This document shows, piece after piece, positions 8,276 to 17,770 of a DNA stretch of 64,000 nucleotides. The translations under genes and the position numbers were made by a program. Position 1 is the first letter of the stretch, and each line of letters starts with the position of its first letter. Origin of the DNA: a virus; the IMG/VR virus record IMGVR_UViG_3300033418_000001, positions 44,444-108,443 of that record; one strand, 5' to 3'. The notes beneath the pieces are model-generated. The model did not search any database, had not been told where the DNA came from, and was given only the letters and a program-made list of their open reading frames with translations.

Positions 8276-10630
8276 TCAGCCACACAAAGCCTTGTGCTTC
8301 TTCAGCGCCCCGAGGTTGGGGCCAATCTCGGTGTCCACGGTGAAGCGAAGCTGCGGCGCCCAACCCACCTCATGGAAGGGCAGGTTTTCCATCAATTCCT
8401 TGCGCTCCGTGGCGATCTGCTCCCAGTTGTCTTCGGGCACGTAGGACAGGAGTTGATCATGCACCATGCCGAACACCGGGGCAATATCGAAGGTCTTCTG
8501 CTGCACCATCAGGCCCGTGGCCCACAGCGCCATGTCGGACAGGGTGGCCTGCACCGGGGAGTTGATCGACCGCCGCAGTTCCTTGGCCACCACCGCCTCT
8601 TCCCGGCTGCGGATCATGGGCAGGTGACGAATGCGCCCGAGCGGGGAGCGCACCATGCCGAACTTCCGCGCCCGGTACTTGTACTCCTTGTGCCACGGGA
8701 TCAGGCCCGGGTACAGATCGAAGAAGGCATCACGGTTCTCCTCGGCCTCCTCCAAGGTCATGGCCACACCGTAGTTGCTGATGGCGTAGTTCATGAAGCC
8801 GTTGGCCCCCATGCCATAGATCAGGCCGAAGTTGCCCGCCTTGCCGAGGTAGCGAATCTCTTCGAACAGGTGGGGGTCGGTCTCGGCCAGTGCGAGGAAG
8901 TCATCGAAGTCATACCCGGCGAGTCGTGCCGCCGTCACCGCGTGCAGGTCGATGCCGTGCATGTACGCAGCGATCATCGTCTCTTCGTTGGCGAGGCACG
9001 CCGCGATCTTCAGTTCGCCTTGCGAGTAGTCGTTGGAGAGGATGATGTAGCCGGGGGGCGCGATCACCGCGCGCCGCAACCGCTTGGCCCACTTGGTGTG
9101 CTTCGGGATGGTCTGGATTGCGGGGTCTTTGACCGACAGGCGACCGGTCACTGCGCCGCCTTCGGTCTCCACCTCGTCCATGCCCGAGAAGAGGAAGTAG
9201 TTGGGATGCCACCTGCCGTCCTCACGCAGGTGCGACAGGAAGCCCGTGACGTAGGTGCCGAGCGTCTTGGTAGCTGAGGTGTACTCGCTCAGGATCGACA
9301 CCAGTGGCGCCGCCTTCGGGTGATCCTTGAACATCATGAGGTGTTCCATCGAGGTGGACGGTGACTTGTCCTTCTCGGTGAACATCTTCGGCTTCAACCC
9401 GAGGTAGTTGGGGCTGAACATGAAGTCGATCAGCAGCGCCGCCTTGCCGAGGTTGAGCGTGCCGTCCTTCTTGGTGTGCTTGGCCACCAGTCTGCCGCCC
9501 AACACCTCCTTGGCTTCGCTCGTCAGGCGAGCGATGTCGGTCTCTATCTCGTCGCGCAACTCGCGGTAGTACGGCACGTCCACGCACCAACCCACGCGCT
9601 CCACGCGCTCGTAGGCCCGCGCTGCCGGGTGCAGGATGTTGGTGTAGAAGGTGGTGAGCTTCTTGTCCTTCAGTAGCTCGTCCTTCATCCGCTCCGAGGC
9701 TTGGTAGCAGGCGTCGGTGTCGCCGCCCGAATAGGTCAGGAAGTCGTCATCGGGCACAAGGTCCATGCGCCCTTTGTCGTACTTCTGATTGAAGGCATCG
9801 TCGTACCCACCGATGTCGCTGAACAGCTTGGCGTGCACCGTGAGCGAGTTCGAACGGTTCTCATCGAGGATGCTGCCGACGATGGTGGTGTCGAAGTTGT
9901 AGTTGGTGCACTCGGTGATGCCCCAGTGCTTCGCAATCCAGTTGAGGTCGTACTTGAGGTTGGCCCCGCGCAGCTTGACCTTGGGGGAGGTGAGCAACCA
10001 TTGAATCTGGTGCCACAGCCCCGCAAGACCGTCGCCTATGGTGTCGTTCACCTTCTCGCACGCACGGGTGCTGCGGAAGCGCACGACATCCGCCGCGCCC
10101 TTCTTGTACGTGATCTGAATGGACTCGATGTACGCCCCCAAGGCATAGGGGTCGAGGCCCAAGGTCTCGGTGTCGAGTGCCACCACGACAGGATGCTTCT
10201 GGGCGTTGATCCACGCGACGGCTTCGGTGAAGTCGTTGACGTAGCGGTACTTGCCCACGGTGGGCAGGAAGTCGCCCGTGTTGACGAAGCGGCACGCGGC
10301 CACCACGTCCGTTTGCAGGTCCACGAACATCGCGTAGTCCACGTCGAGAATCGACGGTGAGTACGTGATCAATACGTGCCCACCCCCGGGCATGGGGAAG
10401 GGGCGATTGCGAAGGGACTTGATCGAGCGGTTCTTGGGGATCACCGCATGTGCAGCGAGGAGGGCAAGACCTTCGCCCCCCATGCACACCAGAACATCGC
10501 CCTCTTTGGTCTCGGGGAGCGTGTCCCCGATTTCGACTACCTCATGGTCCACCCCCGACGCCGCTATGAGCGGGCCAAGCTTCTTCTTCAGGTACTCCCA
10601 TGGTGGTCGGGTCCACAACTTCAACTTCAT
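8276..10630 (-). CDS. polA: Family A DNA polymerase with 3'-5' exonuclease and degenerate N-terminal UDG-like domain
   Basis: ALDTETLG (ExoI), NLKYD, TGRLS, DYSQGELK (motif A), KAGNFGLIYG (motif B), VHDQL (motif C). Confidence 0.95.
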   Translation of the reverse strand: MKLKLWTRPPWEYLKKKLGPLIAASGVDHEVVEIGDTLPETKEGDVLVCMGGEGLALLAAHAVIPKNRSIKSLRNRPFPMPGGGHVLITYSPSILDVDYAMFVDLQTDVVAACRFVNTGDFLPTVGKYRYVNDFTEAVAWINAQKHPVVVALDTETLGLDPYALGAYIESIQITYKKGAADVVRFRSTRACEKVNDTIGDGLAGLWHQIQWLLTSPKVKLRGANLKYDLNWIAKHWGITECTNYNFDTTIVGSILDENRSNSLTVHAKLFSDIGGYDDAFNQKYDKGRMDLVPDDDFLTYSGGDTDACYQASERMKDELLKDKKLTTFYTNILHPAARAYERVERVGWCVDVPYYRELRDEIETDIARLTSEAKEVLGGRLVAKHTKKDGTLNLGKAALLIDFMFSPNYLGLKPKMFTEKDKSPSTSMEHLMMFKDHPKAAPLVSILSEYTSATKTLGTYVTGFLSHLREDGRWHPNYFLFSGMDEVETEGGAVTGRLSVKDPAIQTIPKHTKWAKRLRRAVIAPPGYIILSNDYSQGELKIAACLANEETMIAAYMHGIDLHAVTAARLAGYDFDDFLALAETDPHLFEEIRYLGKAGNFGLIYGMGANGFMNYAISNYGVAMTLEEAEENRDAFFDLYPGLIPWHKEYKYRARKFGMVRSPLGRIRHLPMIRSREEAVVAKELRRSINSPVQATLSDMALWATGLMVQQKTFDIAPVFGMVHDQLLSYVPEDNWEQIATERKELMENLPFHEVGWAPQLRFTVDTEIGPNLGALKKHKALCG

Positions 10631-11060
10631 CGAGGCGGCTCCAATGCTTGTTCTTGACCTCTCGCATCCACATGCCGCGAACCGAGGGGAGGATGGTGTC
10701 GTACAACGCCTTCTGCGACAAGTTGCTGAGGGTGGAGAGGGTGAGGCCGTTGGCCTTCGGGTCGATCAGGCTGAGGCTCAGTTCCTTCATGGCCTTGTCG
10801 TAGCTGACGACGACGCCGAGGTTCAGGCCGGTGATGGAGAACACGATGTAGGCATCGCCCGTGTGGATGGCCGAGGCTTCCACCTTGCACTTGAGGTCGA
10901 GTTCCGCCGAGGGGGCGAAGGGGTAGCCGAACTCGCCGTGGCCCTTGGCCGTGTAGGGGACATCCTTGCCGTTGCCGACGAGGAACAGCGAGAACTGCAC
11001 CGCGTCCGCGAGCGGCATCAACATCTGCATCGCATCATACTGTTGCAGGGGCTTTGACAT
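10542..11060 (-). CDS. Hypothetical protein
   Basis: ORF co-oriented with, and abutting, its neighbours. Confidence 0.55.
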   Translation of the reverse strand: MSKPLQQYDAMQMLMPLADAVQFSLFLVGNGKDVPYTAKGHGEFGYPFAPSAELDLKCKVEASAIHTGDAYIVFSITGLNLGVVVSYDKAMKELSLSLIDPKANGLTLSTLSNLSQKALYDTILPSVRGMWMREVKNKHWSRLDEVEVVDPTTMGVPEEEAWPAHSGVGGGP

Positions 11061-11285
11061 GCAGGCTCACTCCCTTGTTCATGAAGGACAGCACGAACTC
11101 GCCGAGGTCGATGCCGAGGTACCGGGCCGACAGCACCGCGCCGATGGCCTTCTTCTCCTTCTTGGTGCTGACGACGGTCCACTTCACCTTCTTGTCCGAG
11201 AGGCCGAGGAAGATGCCCTCCGTGCAGAAGGTGTCGCCGACTTGGAGAGCTTGCGCCTCCGCTTGCGTGAGGGGCAGGGCGATCT

Positions 11286-11963
11286 TCATGAGCAGAGTCC
11301 CTTCACCTTGTTGAACTTCGGCAGGGGCGTATCGAACTCGATGCCGCACCCGAGGAGGATGGCGCCCAACACCTTGTTGGCCGGGGCTTCGACGGTGCAG
11401 GGGTAGTGCCCCGACATGTACTTGAAATCGGGCTTGGCCTTGAGGGAGAGACCCTGATCCGTGAGCTTGGCCACGGTGAGGGCGTCATCGAGAGCGGCCC
11501 CTTCCGCGCGCACCGAGAGTTGGACGCCTTCGACGCGCACCGCGATCTTGAGCTTGTCGGTCAGCGCCACGGCCACGTAGACCGAACCGGACGACGTGCC
11601 CTTGACCCTCTGGTACATGGCGCAGGCGTCGCGCAGGGGGATCACGTCGTTGGACGGTTCCGGTGCAGACATCTGCACGGGGTCCGAGGGCTTGACGTTG
11701 GCCGGGATGCCGCCCGCCTTCTTCTCGTTCTCGATTTCGGTCAGGACGAACAGCATGAACGAGTTCAGTTCCGCCTGCACCTGAGCCGGGGACGCGAGCC
11801 AGTTCATGACGAGCTTGTAGCCCTTGCTGCCGTGCCAGATGGTGAAGAAGTCGTCGCCCTCCTGCGTGGCGAGACCGAGAGCCTTACAGGTGGCGATACC
11901 GTGGGGGTCGCACCCGTAGTTGGTCAGGACGCTGAGGGACTTTTTCTTGAGGATCAGGGCCAT
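11286..11963 (-). CDS. Hypothetical protein (promoter-cassette gene)
   Basis: Preceded by a TTGACA/TACAAT promoter and AAAGGAGTG RBS. Confidence 0.7.
   Translation of the reverse strand: MALILKKKSLSVLTNYGCDPHGIATCKALGLATQEGDDFFTIWHGSKGYKLVMNWLASPAQVQAELNSFMLFVLTEIENEKKAGGIPANVKPSDPVQMSAPEPSNDVIPLRDACAMYQRVKGTSSGSVYVAVALTDKLKIAVRVEGVQLSVRAEGAALDDALTVAKLTDQGLSLKAKPDFKYMSGHYPCTVEAPANKVLGAILLGCGIEFDTPLPKFNKVKGLCS
11664..11677. repeat. 14-bp quasi-palindrome copy 4
   Basis: TGCAGACATCTGCA (QMSA). Confidence 0.95.
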
Positions 11964-11987
11964 GTGCACTCCTTTGCTGACAGCCTC

Positions 11988-12015
11988 ATTGTACCACAAT
12001 CAGGGGGAGTGTCAA
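11988..12015 (-). promoter_or_regulatory. Sigma70-type promoter
   Basis: TTGACA-N16-TACAAT, then AAAGGAGTG RBS. Confidence 0.8.
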
Positions 12016-12803
12016 ACCGTCCCCCAGATGTTGCCGGTCATGGTGAAGGGCTTGATTTCCACCACCTCGCCGCTGTACTCCTTGGCGATCTTGTTCACGC
12101 GCAGGTCAGGGGCACGGCGCAACACCTCATCGAAGTCTCGCCCCGAGCCGGAGTAGGTCATCGCAGGCGCGCTGTGGTAGGACTTGGGCGCCTTCGCTCC
12201 GCGCACTGCGGTGATGTCGAAGTGCTTGGCCAACCAGTCGGCCTGCGCCGTGGTCTCCACCGCCTTCTCACAGTAGTGGCCACGCACGTAGGTGATCGCA
12301 TCCTTGACACCGCCGAGCATCCTGACCAGTGCCGCGAGGACCATGCCGGTGCGCCCGTGGCCACCGATGCAGCCGACGTGCACCGACTTGCCCGCGACGA
12401 TCTGATCGCAGAGCCATTCGATCATCAGCTTGAACTCGGTGACATCCTTGGGCACCGACATGTCGCTGATCGGGAAGTAGATGAACTGGCGCGAGCCGTG
12501 CCACGGCCACGCTTGCGGGTCGTGTGCAGTGCCATGGTCGAGCGCCACGTAGATGTCGAGACCGGTGTGGATTGGATCACCGCACGCGCCACCGTACACG
12601 GTGTAGACCTGATCCTTGCCCGTGACCTCGATCAACAGGGGCGGGTGAGAGTGCGCGCACTTCTGGTAGCCCTTGTGCGCCTTGTGCACCTTGGGGGCCA
12701 CGCTCGCATCGTATTCGAACCCGGTGTACACCGGGACACCATCCGCCGTCATGCTCGCATCGAACACGACGGGGAGAGTGTTGCTGCTGATCTTCTTGCC
12801 CAT
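12012..12803 (-). CDS. Protein-tyrosine/dual-specificity phosphatase-like protein
   Basis: YFPISDMSVP acid loop; VHVGCIGGHGRTG CX5R loop; AVETTAQ; true start inside the longer track ORF. Confidence 0.85.
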   Translation of the reverse strand: MGKKISSNTLPVVFDASMTADGVPVYTGFEYDASVAPKVHKAHKGYQKCAHSHPPLLIEVTGKDQVYTVYGGACGDPIHTGLDIYVALDHGTAHDPQAWPWHGSRQFIYFPISDMSVPKDVTEFKLMIEWLCDQIVAGKSVHVGCIGGHGRTGMVLAALVRMLGGVKDAITYVRGHYCEKAVETTAQADWLAKHFDITAVRGAKAPKSYHSAPAMTYSGSGRDFDEVLRRAPDLRVNKIAKEYSGEVVEIKPFTMTGNIWGTV

Positions 12804-13816
12804 CACGCCGCCTTCCTTTCGATCACTTCCACCCACGTATCGGGCATCACGTAGAACACCTTCTTGCCCGCCGTCTTCGACTTGAGCATCTGAGCGGTCT
12901 TCAGGGTGCTGTAGCTTTGCACCGCGCCCGCCTTCTCCACCTTCACCCAATCCACCGTGGGGCCGAAGGCTTTCGGGAACAGACTGTCCGCGATGTTGAC
13001 TATCGCCTTGGCTTGCGGCGTCACGTAGTGATCCTTGACCGGGTGGCAGTCCTTGATCAGTTCCGGTATCTGGCCACTGCGCTGCACGTCGAGGATGGTC
13101 TTGATCTGGTGCGAATCGTAACCGTGGTAGGTCATCCCCTTGTTGAAGATGGGGCCGTTGTTGTGGCACAGCGCCCACGACACGTCGGTGGCCACCTCGG
13201 GGGTGATGTTGCCTTCGACCAGTTCAAGGAACACCTTGGCGATGTCGGCCCACGGGATGCCACCGTACCCACCGGAGAAGCTTCCGTGGCGGAAGGTCCA
13301 CTCGATGGCAGCAGCGTACTTGCCGAGCTTCATCGTCGGGGCGTTGTTGAGGAACATCGACTTCGCCGCCATCGAAGACCCAGAGGAGTGCATCACGGCG
13401 TTGAAGTCCACGTAGTCGCTGCCCCACTTCGCCGCCGCCGACGCCTTGAAGGAAGAGTTGGCGTGCACGTGGCGCGACTCGCGCGAGATGATCAGGAGCA
13501 GGTAGTAGAAGAGGCGACGGGCCACATCGCTTGCCGCACCGAGGTAGAGCTTGCCGAGGGACAGCACGTCGGGCGGCAGCGGTTCATCCGGCCCGTACTG
13601 CCTGCACATCTCGGCCCACGCCGCGTTGCCCGCGTAGAACGTGAGGGCTTCGGACTCGGGGTGAACCAAAGAGCAGGAGGGCAGGTACGCTTGGCACGCC
13701 TTGACCGCATCCGAGAGGTCAACGTCCCGCATCGACTTGGCGAGGAAGAGGGGTTGCCCCTTCAGGTGCGCCAAGGTATTGGGCAGAACGTGGTAGGGGA
13801 GAATCAGCTTCGACAT
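12803..13816 (-). CDS. Hypothetical protein (GYGGxPWxxIA...HNNGxxFNKG motifs)
   Basis: Own promoter and RBS; flanked by two phosphatase genes. Confidence 0.75.
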   Translation of the reverse strand: MSKLILPYHVLPNTLAHLKGQPLFLAKSMRDVDLSDAVKACQAYLPSCSLVHPESEALTFYAGNAAWAEMCRQYGPDEPLPPDVLSLGKLYLGAASDVARRLFYYLLLIISRESRHVHANSSFKASAAAKWGSDYVDFNAVMHSSGSSMAAKSMFLNNAPTMKLGKYAAAIEWTFRHGSFSGGYGGIPWADIAKVFLELVEGNITPEVATDVSWALCHNNGPIFNKGMTYHGYDSHQIKTILDVQRSGQIPELIKDCHPVKDHYVTPQAKAIVNIADSLFPKAFGPTVDWVKVEKAGAVQSYSTLKTAQMLKSKTAGKKVFYVMPDTWVEVIERKAA

Positions 13817-13845
13817 CTTTGGCACTCCTTTGCCGTCACAACCCC

Positions 13846-13874
13846 ACTATACGCTAGTGGCGGGAGACTGTCAA
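13846..13874 (-). promoter_or_regulatory. Sigma70-type promoter
   Basis: TTGACA-N17-TATAGT, then AAAGGAGTG. Confidence 0.8.
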
Positions 13875-14386
13875 CGGGGACTCAGGCCCAACCCGGTCGG
13901 CTGAAGACCCCGCCGCATCGCCCTGAGCTTGAGCCACGTCAAGTCCCACCGGGTGAACGGGGGATCGTACTCGATCACGTACTGCTCCTGATCCTTGGTC
14001 TCGATGGCCTTGGCATGGTAGTTGGCCCGCACGTGCCCGATGGCGTTGGGGATGCCCATGGCCTTGACGAGCAGCGCGAGGAACAGGCCCGTGCGCCCAC
14101 GCCCGCCCATGCAACCGACGAACACCGCGTCCTTCGCCGCAAGGTGGTTCAGCACCATCCACACCACCGCGTTGGTGCGGTGGAGGTCACGGGGCGTAGA
14201 GAAGTCGCCGATGGGCAACTCGATCATGGCGTCAGCCAACACCTCGGGGGCGAGCTTGACGCCCACGTAGCCGAAGGGCTTGTCGTAGTAGGGGCCACCG
14301 AAGACCACACGCCACGCGAACCCCATGGGGACGGGCATGGCCTTGGGCGGCATCTGGCTGCGTTGGAACTTGGGGTAGACCACCAC
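13871..14386 (-). CDS. Second PTP/DSP-like phosphatase
   Basis: LPIGDFSTP; VFVGCMGGRGRTG; AIETKDQ. Confidence 0.85.
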   Translation of the reverse strand: MVVYPKFQRSQMPPKAMPVPMGFAWRVVFGGPYYDKPFGYVGVKLAPEVLADAMIELPIGDFSTPRDLHRTNAVVWMVLNHLAAKDAVFVGCMGGRGRTGLFLALLVKAMGIPNAIGHVRANYHAKAIETKDQEQYVIEYDPPFTRWDLTWLKLRAMRRGLQPTGLGLSPR

Positions 14387-14400
14387 GGCACACTCCTTTG

Positions 14401-14802
14401 TCAGTACCGCGTTGACATCTTGCGGTTCTGTTCACACGTTGGGCACGGGATGCTCGATGGGACCAGACCGGCGTCGCACTTCGTGCACCCCACACCATCA
14501 CAATGCTCGCACTGATCGAAGACTCGCACTCGGTTGGTGTCCCGGCACGTCATGCACCGGTAGTTCATCGCCTCTTCCAACGCGAGCAGTTCGCCCTCGA
14601 TCACGATGCTGACTACTCTGTTGCCCTCCACCATGAAGATGAAGTCTTCGTACCTGCGGTTGCCATCAGGGTGCGTGCACCGTGCTGACAACCGAACCAT
14701 GTCTTGTAGCTGTTCAAGTCCGACGCCCTTATCCTTTGCCCGCGAGACAAGGCTGAGTGGGATGAGGAAGCGTCGTTGACTTTGGGGGTCGGGGCTTGCC
14801 AT
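14401..14802 (-). CDS. Zinc-finger protein (CxxC repeats)
   Basis: CMTC, CEHC, CTKC, CPTC. Confidence 0.6.
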   Translation of the reverse strand: MASPDPQSQRRFLIPLSLVSRAKDKGVGLEQLQDMVRLSARCTHPDGNRRYEDFIFMVEGNRVVSIVIEGELLALEEAMNYRCMTCRDTNRVRVFDQCEHCDGVGCTKCDAGLVPSSIPCPTCEQNRKMSTRY

Positions 14803-15070
14803 ACAACTCCTCGCGCAAGATCACCAACGAGCGTGGTGCCTCGATGACGAGGCGGGGCAGAGCCGCCCCACCTTCTCGCGCTATTTTAGGCACACCACAC
14901 GAAACATACACCCCCCGCATGATTTCGGTGGCCTTGAGGTCGGAGATGTCGAAGCTCTCGCCGTCGATCAACAGCCGCGCGTGCGAGTGCCCAGTCGAAG
15001 CGATCACCTTCACCGGGACGTGCCCGAAGTAGATCGTCTCTCCCACGTGGTAGCCGAGGATCAGTGCCAT
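14729..15070 (-). CDS. CsrA/RsmA-like protein with internal insertion
   Basis: N-terminal MALILGYHVGETIYFG and C-terminal RLVIEAPRSLVILREELY match the two halves of CsrA (MLILTRRVGETLMIG / RIGVNAPKEVSVHREEIY). Confidence 0.6.
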   Translation of the reverse strand: MALILGYHVGETIYFGHVPVKVIASTGHSHARLLIDGESFDISDLKATEIMRGVYVSCGVPKIAREGGAALPRLVIEAPRSLVILREELYGKPRPPKSTTLPHPTQPCLAGKG

Positions 15071-15071
15071 G

Positions 15072-15527
15072 TCATTTCACCTGTAGCAGTCGTTGTGCTG
15101 AAGCGGTGAGAACCCACGTGGACCCTCCCGGCAAACCCTTGCGGAACTCGGTGACCACCACCAGTCCCTTGTAGCGCAGCACCGTGAGGTGCGAGGACAC
15201 CTCGTTGGTATCGTACCCGGGCACCGGCTTCTTGTTGTGATTCACCTGTGCCGTGATGTCGGCGGTACTCGCTGATCGTAACGCCGCGAGCGCCACCAAG
15301 CACTCCCACAATTTGGTGCCCTGCCGTGGCAGGGTCACGTCTTCCGGCTTCTCGCTGTGGTCGATGATCACGCTGCCAAGCTTGGTCTGTACCAATTTGT
15401 GCAGGCCACACAGGCATCGCAGGAACACGTCCTGATGCCCATATTCGAACCACGCCGATTCCGAGCCGCACTTGGGACAAATCGCGCGCACCAAGACCCC
15501 TCCTTGGGGGTCCATGGTACCGCACAT
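15072..15527 (-). CDS. Zn-ribbon + winged-helix putative transcription regulator
   Basis: CPKC...CLC, then STADIT...EVSSHLTVLRYKGLV...GSTWVLT. Confidence 0.65.
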   Translation of the reverse strand: MCGTMDPQGGVLVRAICPKCGSESAWFEYGHQDVFLRCLCGLHKLVQTKLGSVIIDHSEKPEDVTLPRQGTKLWECLVALAALRSASTADITAQVNHNKKPVPGYDTNEVSSHLTVLRYKGLVVVTEFRKGLPGGSTWVLTASAQRLLQVK

Positions 15528-15528
15528 T

Positions 15529-15542
15529 TGCAGATGTCTGCA
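15529..15542. repeat. 14-bp quasi-palindrome copy 5
   Basis: TGCAGATGTCTGCA, immediately upstream of the Zn-wHTH gene. Confidence 0.95.
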
Positions 15543-15545
15543 CGG

Positions 15546-17534
15546 TCATGACAGGAGGGAGAGCGCCGCCGCGAGGGGCGAGAGGGCGTACTTGGCGCCG
15601 CCCTTCAGGGCGTCGGCACCCACCTCGGTCACGCAGTTGAGGGACACGATCTTCTTCTCGGCGACCACGGCCACCACCTCATCCTTGTTCTTCAGGAGAG
15701 CCGCGTGGTCCGCGACCACCATCGCGCCGTCATCGAGAGCCGCGAGGCCGGTCACCGAGTTGACGGTCGGCACCAGAGTGTAGCCCGCACCCTTGAGGGC
15801 CACGCCCGCTTCGAACCCGTTGCCGATCACCTTCACGCCCTTGAGCTTGAGGCTGACGAGGGACATCACCTTGTCGGTCTTGTCGCTGTACGGGGCGCCC
15901 CAGAGCAGCGCGAGCGGTGCGCTCTCCGGTTCCACCGCCGCTTCGCGGAGGTCCACGATCAGGTCGTCGGCCATCGCCGCGATCTTGGCCACCTCGGCTT
16001 CGAACTCAGCCACGCCGAGGGCGTAGGCCGGGATGACCACGCGCTTCGCGTTGGCCACGTCGCTCGCCTTGGTCGCCACCTCGTAGTACCCGTAGTGGTC
16101 GCCGAGCAGCGAGAGGAAGTCCTTCACCGCGCCGCTCACGCCACCCACCATCTTCGGCTCCACGCCCACCCACACCGCGCCGCTTGCGCCGTCGAGGGCC
16201 ACCGTGGTGCCCGCAGTGATCAGGCGGACCACACCGCTCGCATCCTTGAAGCTCCACCCGTTGGAGGTCTTGTCCAACGCGCTGCAACCCACCACCGCCA
16301 CCTTGTTGGCGCCGCGCGCCACCACCGCCGCGTGGGAGGTCATCCCGCCGCGAGCAGTGAAGATGCCGGAGGAGGCGAGCATCCCGCCGATGTCGTCGGG
16401 GTCGGTCTCTTGCGTGATCAGGATCACCGGGCCGTTGACCGCTTGGGTCATCGCATCCGCCGCACTGAACACCGCCTTGCCGATGGCCACGCCCGGGGAA
16501 GCCGCGATCCCGGTGGTCATCGGGGGGTTGGCCGCGAGCCACCCGGCATCGAGTGCCGGTTGCGCCGCCTTCATCAGGTCCGCCGCCGCGACACGCTTGA
16601 TCGCATCCTCGGTGCTGATCAGCTTCTCGCTCACCAAGTCCACTGCGATCTTCACTGCCGCCTGCGCGGTGCGCTTGCCGTTGCGGGTCTGAAGGATGTA
16701 GAGCTTGCCGTCCTGCACGGTGAACTCGATGTCCTGCATGTCGCGGTTCATCGCCTCAAGCTTCTCCACGTACCCGCAGAGGTCGGCGTAGACACTCACG
16801 TTCCAATCGGCGAGAGAGGTGAGGGGCAGCGGGGTTCTGATCCCTGCCACCACGTCCTCACCTTGAGCGTTGACGAGGTATTCGCCGATCACCTCGTTCT
16901 CGCCGTTCGACGGGTTGCGCGAGAACAGCACACCAGTCGCCGACTTGTCGTTGAGGTTCCCGAACACCATGGCCTGCACAGTGACCGCAGTGCCGAGAGC
17001 ATCCGAGATGCCGTACTCCTTGCGGTACGCCTTGGCGCGGTCGTTGTTCCACGACTTGAACACCGCGATGATCGCGCCGAAGAGTTGGTCATCGAGGTTG
17101 TCGGGGAGCGGAGCCTTCACCACGCTCGCGTACATCGAGCAGAGGCGGTCCCAACAGTTGGACGCGGCATCCTTGCCCAGTCGGTCCCACCACAGCGGGC
17201 CATTGGCCTCGGTCATGCCCACGTTCAGGATGGTGTCCATCATCCCCGGCATCGAGAACTTCGAACCGGAGCGCACCGAGACGAGGGGCATCACGTTGTT
17301 GAAGTGAGAGGCGAGGTCCGACTTGATGGCCGGGATGGCGGTGTAGCGGACCCAGTTTTCGACCGGGGCCGGGTTCGCCATGTAGTCGCGGCACACGTCG
17401 GTGGTGATGATGCAGGCCGGGGGCACCGGGATGCCCGCCTGCGCCATCTTCCAGAGGTTGAAGCCCTTGCCGCCGAGGAGGTCCGAGGAGAACCCCGCAT
17501 CGGGCGACTTCAGGGAAACGAGACGGTCAGCCAT
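15546..17534 (-). CDS. PPDK-like dikinase (ATP-grasp and swivelling phospho-His domains; no pyruvate/PEP barrel)
   Basis: LLGGKG, LVSVRSG...SMPGMMDTILN, QAMVFGN, QGEDVVAGIRTP, DIEFT, LQTR, GGMTSHAAVVAR; last ~200 aa unlike PPDK. Confidence 0.9.
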   Translation of the reverse strand: MADRLVSLKSPDAGFSSDLLGGKGFNLWKMAQAGIPVPPACIITTDVCRDYMANPAPVENWVRYTAIPAIKSDLASHFNNVMPLVSVRSGSKFSMPGMMDTILNVGMTEANGPLWWDRLGKDAASNCWDRLCSMYASVVKAPLPDNLDDQLFGAIIAVFKSWNNDRAKAYRKEYGISDALGTAVTVQAMVFGNLNDKSATGVLFSRNPSNGENEVIGEYLVNAQGEDVVAGIRTPLPLTSLADWNVSVYADLCGYVEKLEAMNRDMQDIEFTVQDGKLYILQTRNGKRTAQAAVKIAVDLVSEKLISTEDAIKRVAAADLMKAAQPALDAGWLAANPPMTTGIAASPGVAIGKAVFSAADAMTQAVNGPVILITQETDPDDIGGMLASSGIFTARGGMTSHAAVVARGANKVAVVGCSALDKTSNGWSFKDASGVVRLITAGTTVALDGASGAVWVGVEPKMVGGVSGAVKDFLSLLGDHYGYYEVATKASDVANAKRVVIPAYALGVAEFEAEVAKIAAMADDLIVDLREAAVEPESAPLALLWGAPYSDKTDKVMSLVSLKLKGVKVIGNGFEAGVALKGAGYTLVPTVNSVTGLAALDDGAMVVADHAALLKNKDEVVAVVAEKKIVSLNCVTEVGADALKGGAKYALSPLAAALSLLS

Positions 17535-17567
17535 TCAGCACTCCTTTGCGATTTGGCCTACAACGTC

Positions 17568-17596
17568 ATACTACCCCTTCGGGTACAGACTGTCAA
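17568..17596 (-). promoter_or_regulatory. Sigma70-type promoter of the PPDK-like gene
   Basis: TTGACA-N17-TAGTAT, then AAAGGAGTG. Confidence 0.8.
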
Positions 17597-17770
17597 GCAT
17601 CTTGCGGCCCTTGTAGTACGAGGCGTACTGCGCCTTGTCCTCGGGCGTGCCGCCGATGGTCTCGGGCGTCATGCCGTCGTTGTACAGGGCTTCCAAGGTC
17701 CAGTCCGACAGGGGCGCGTTGGCCGGGAACATGGCGTTGTCGCCAAGTCGGTCACGGGCCTCTGCGTAGG

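Noticed and set aside
15546-17534. Functional ppdK as an auxiliary metabolic gene
   Set aside because: The pyruvate/PEP-binding C-terminal domain is missing, so no gene symbol was assigned.
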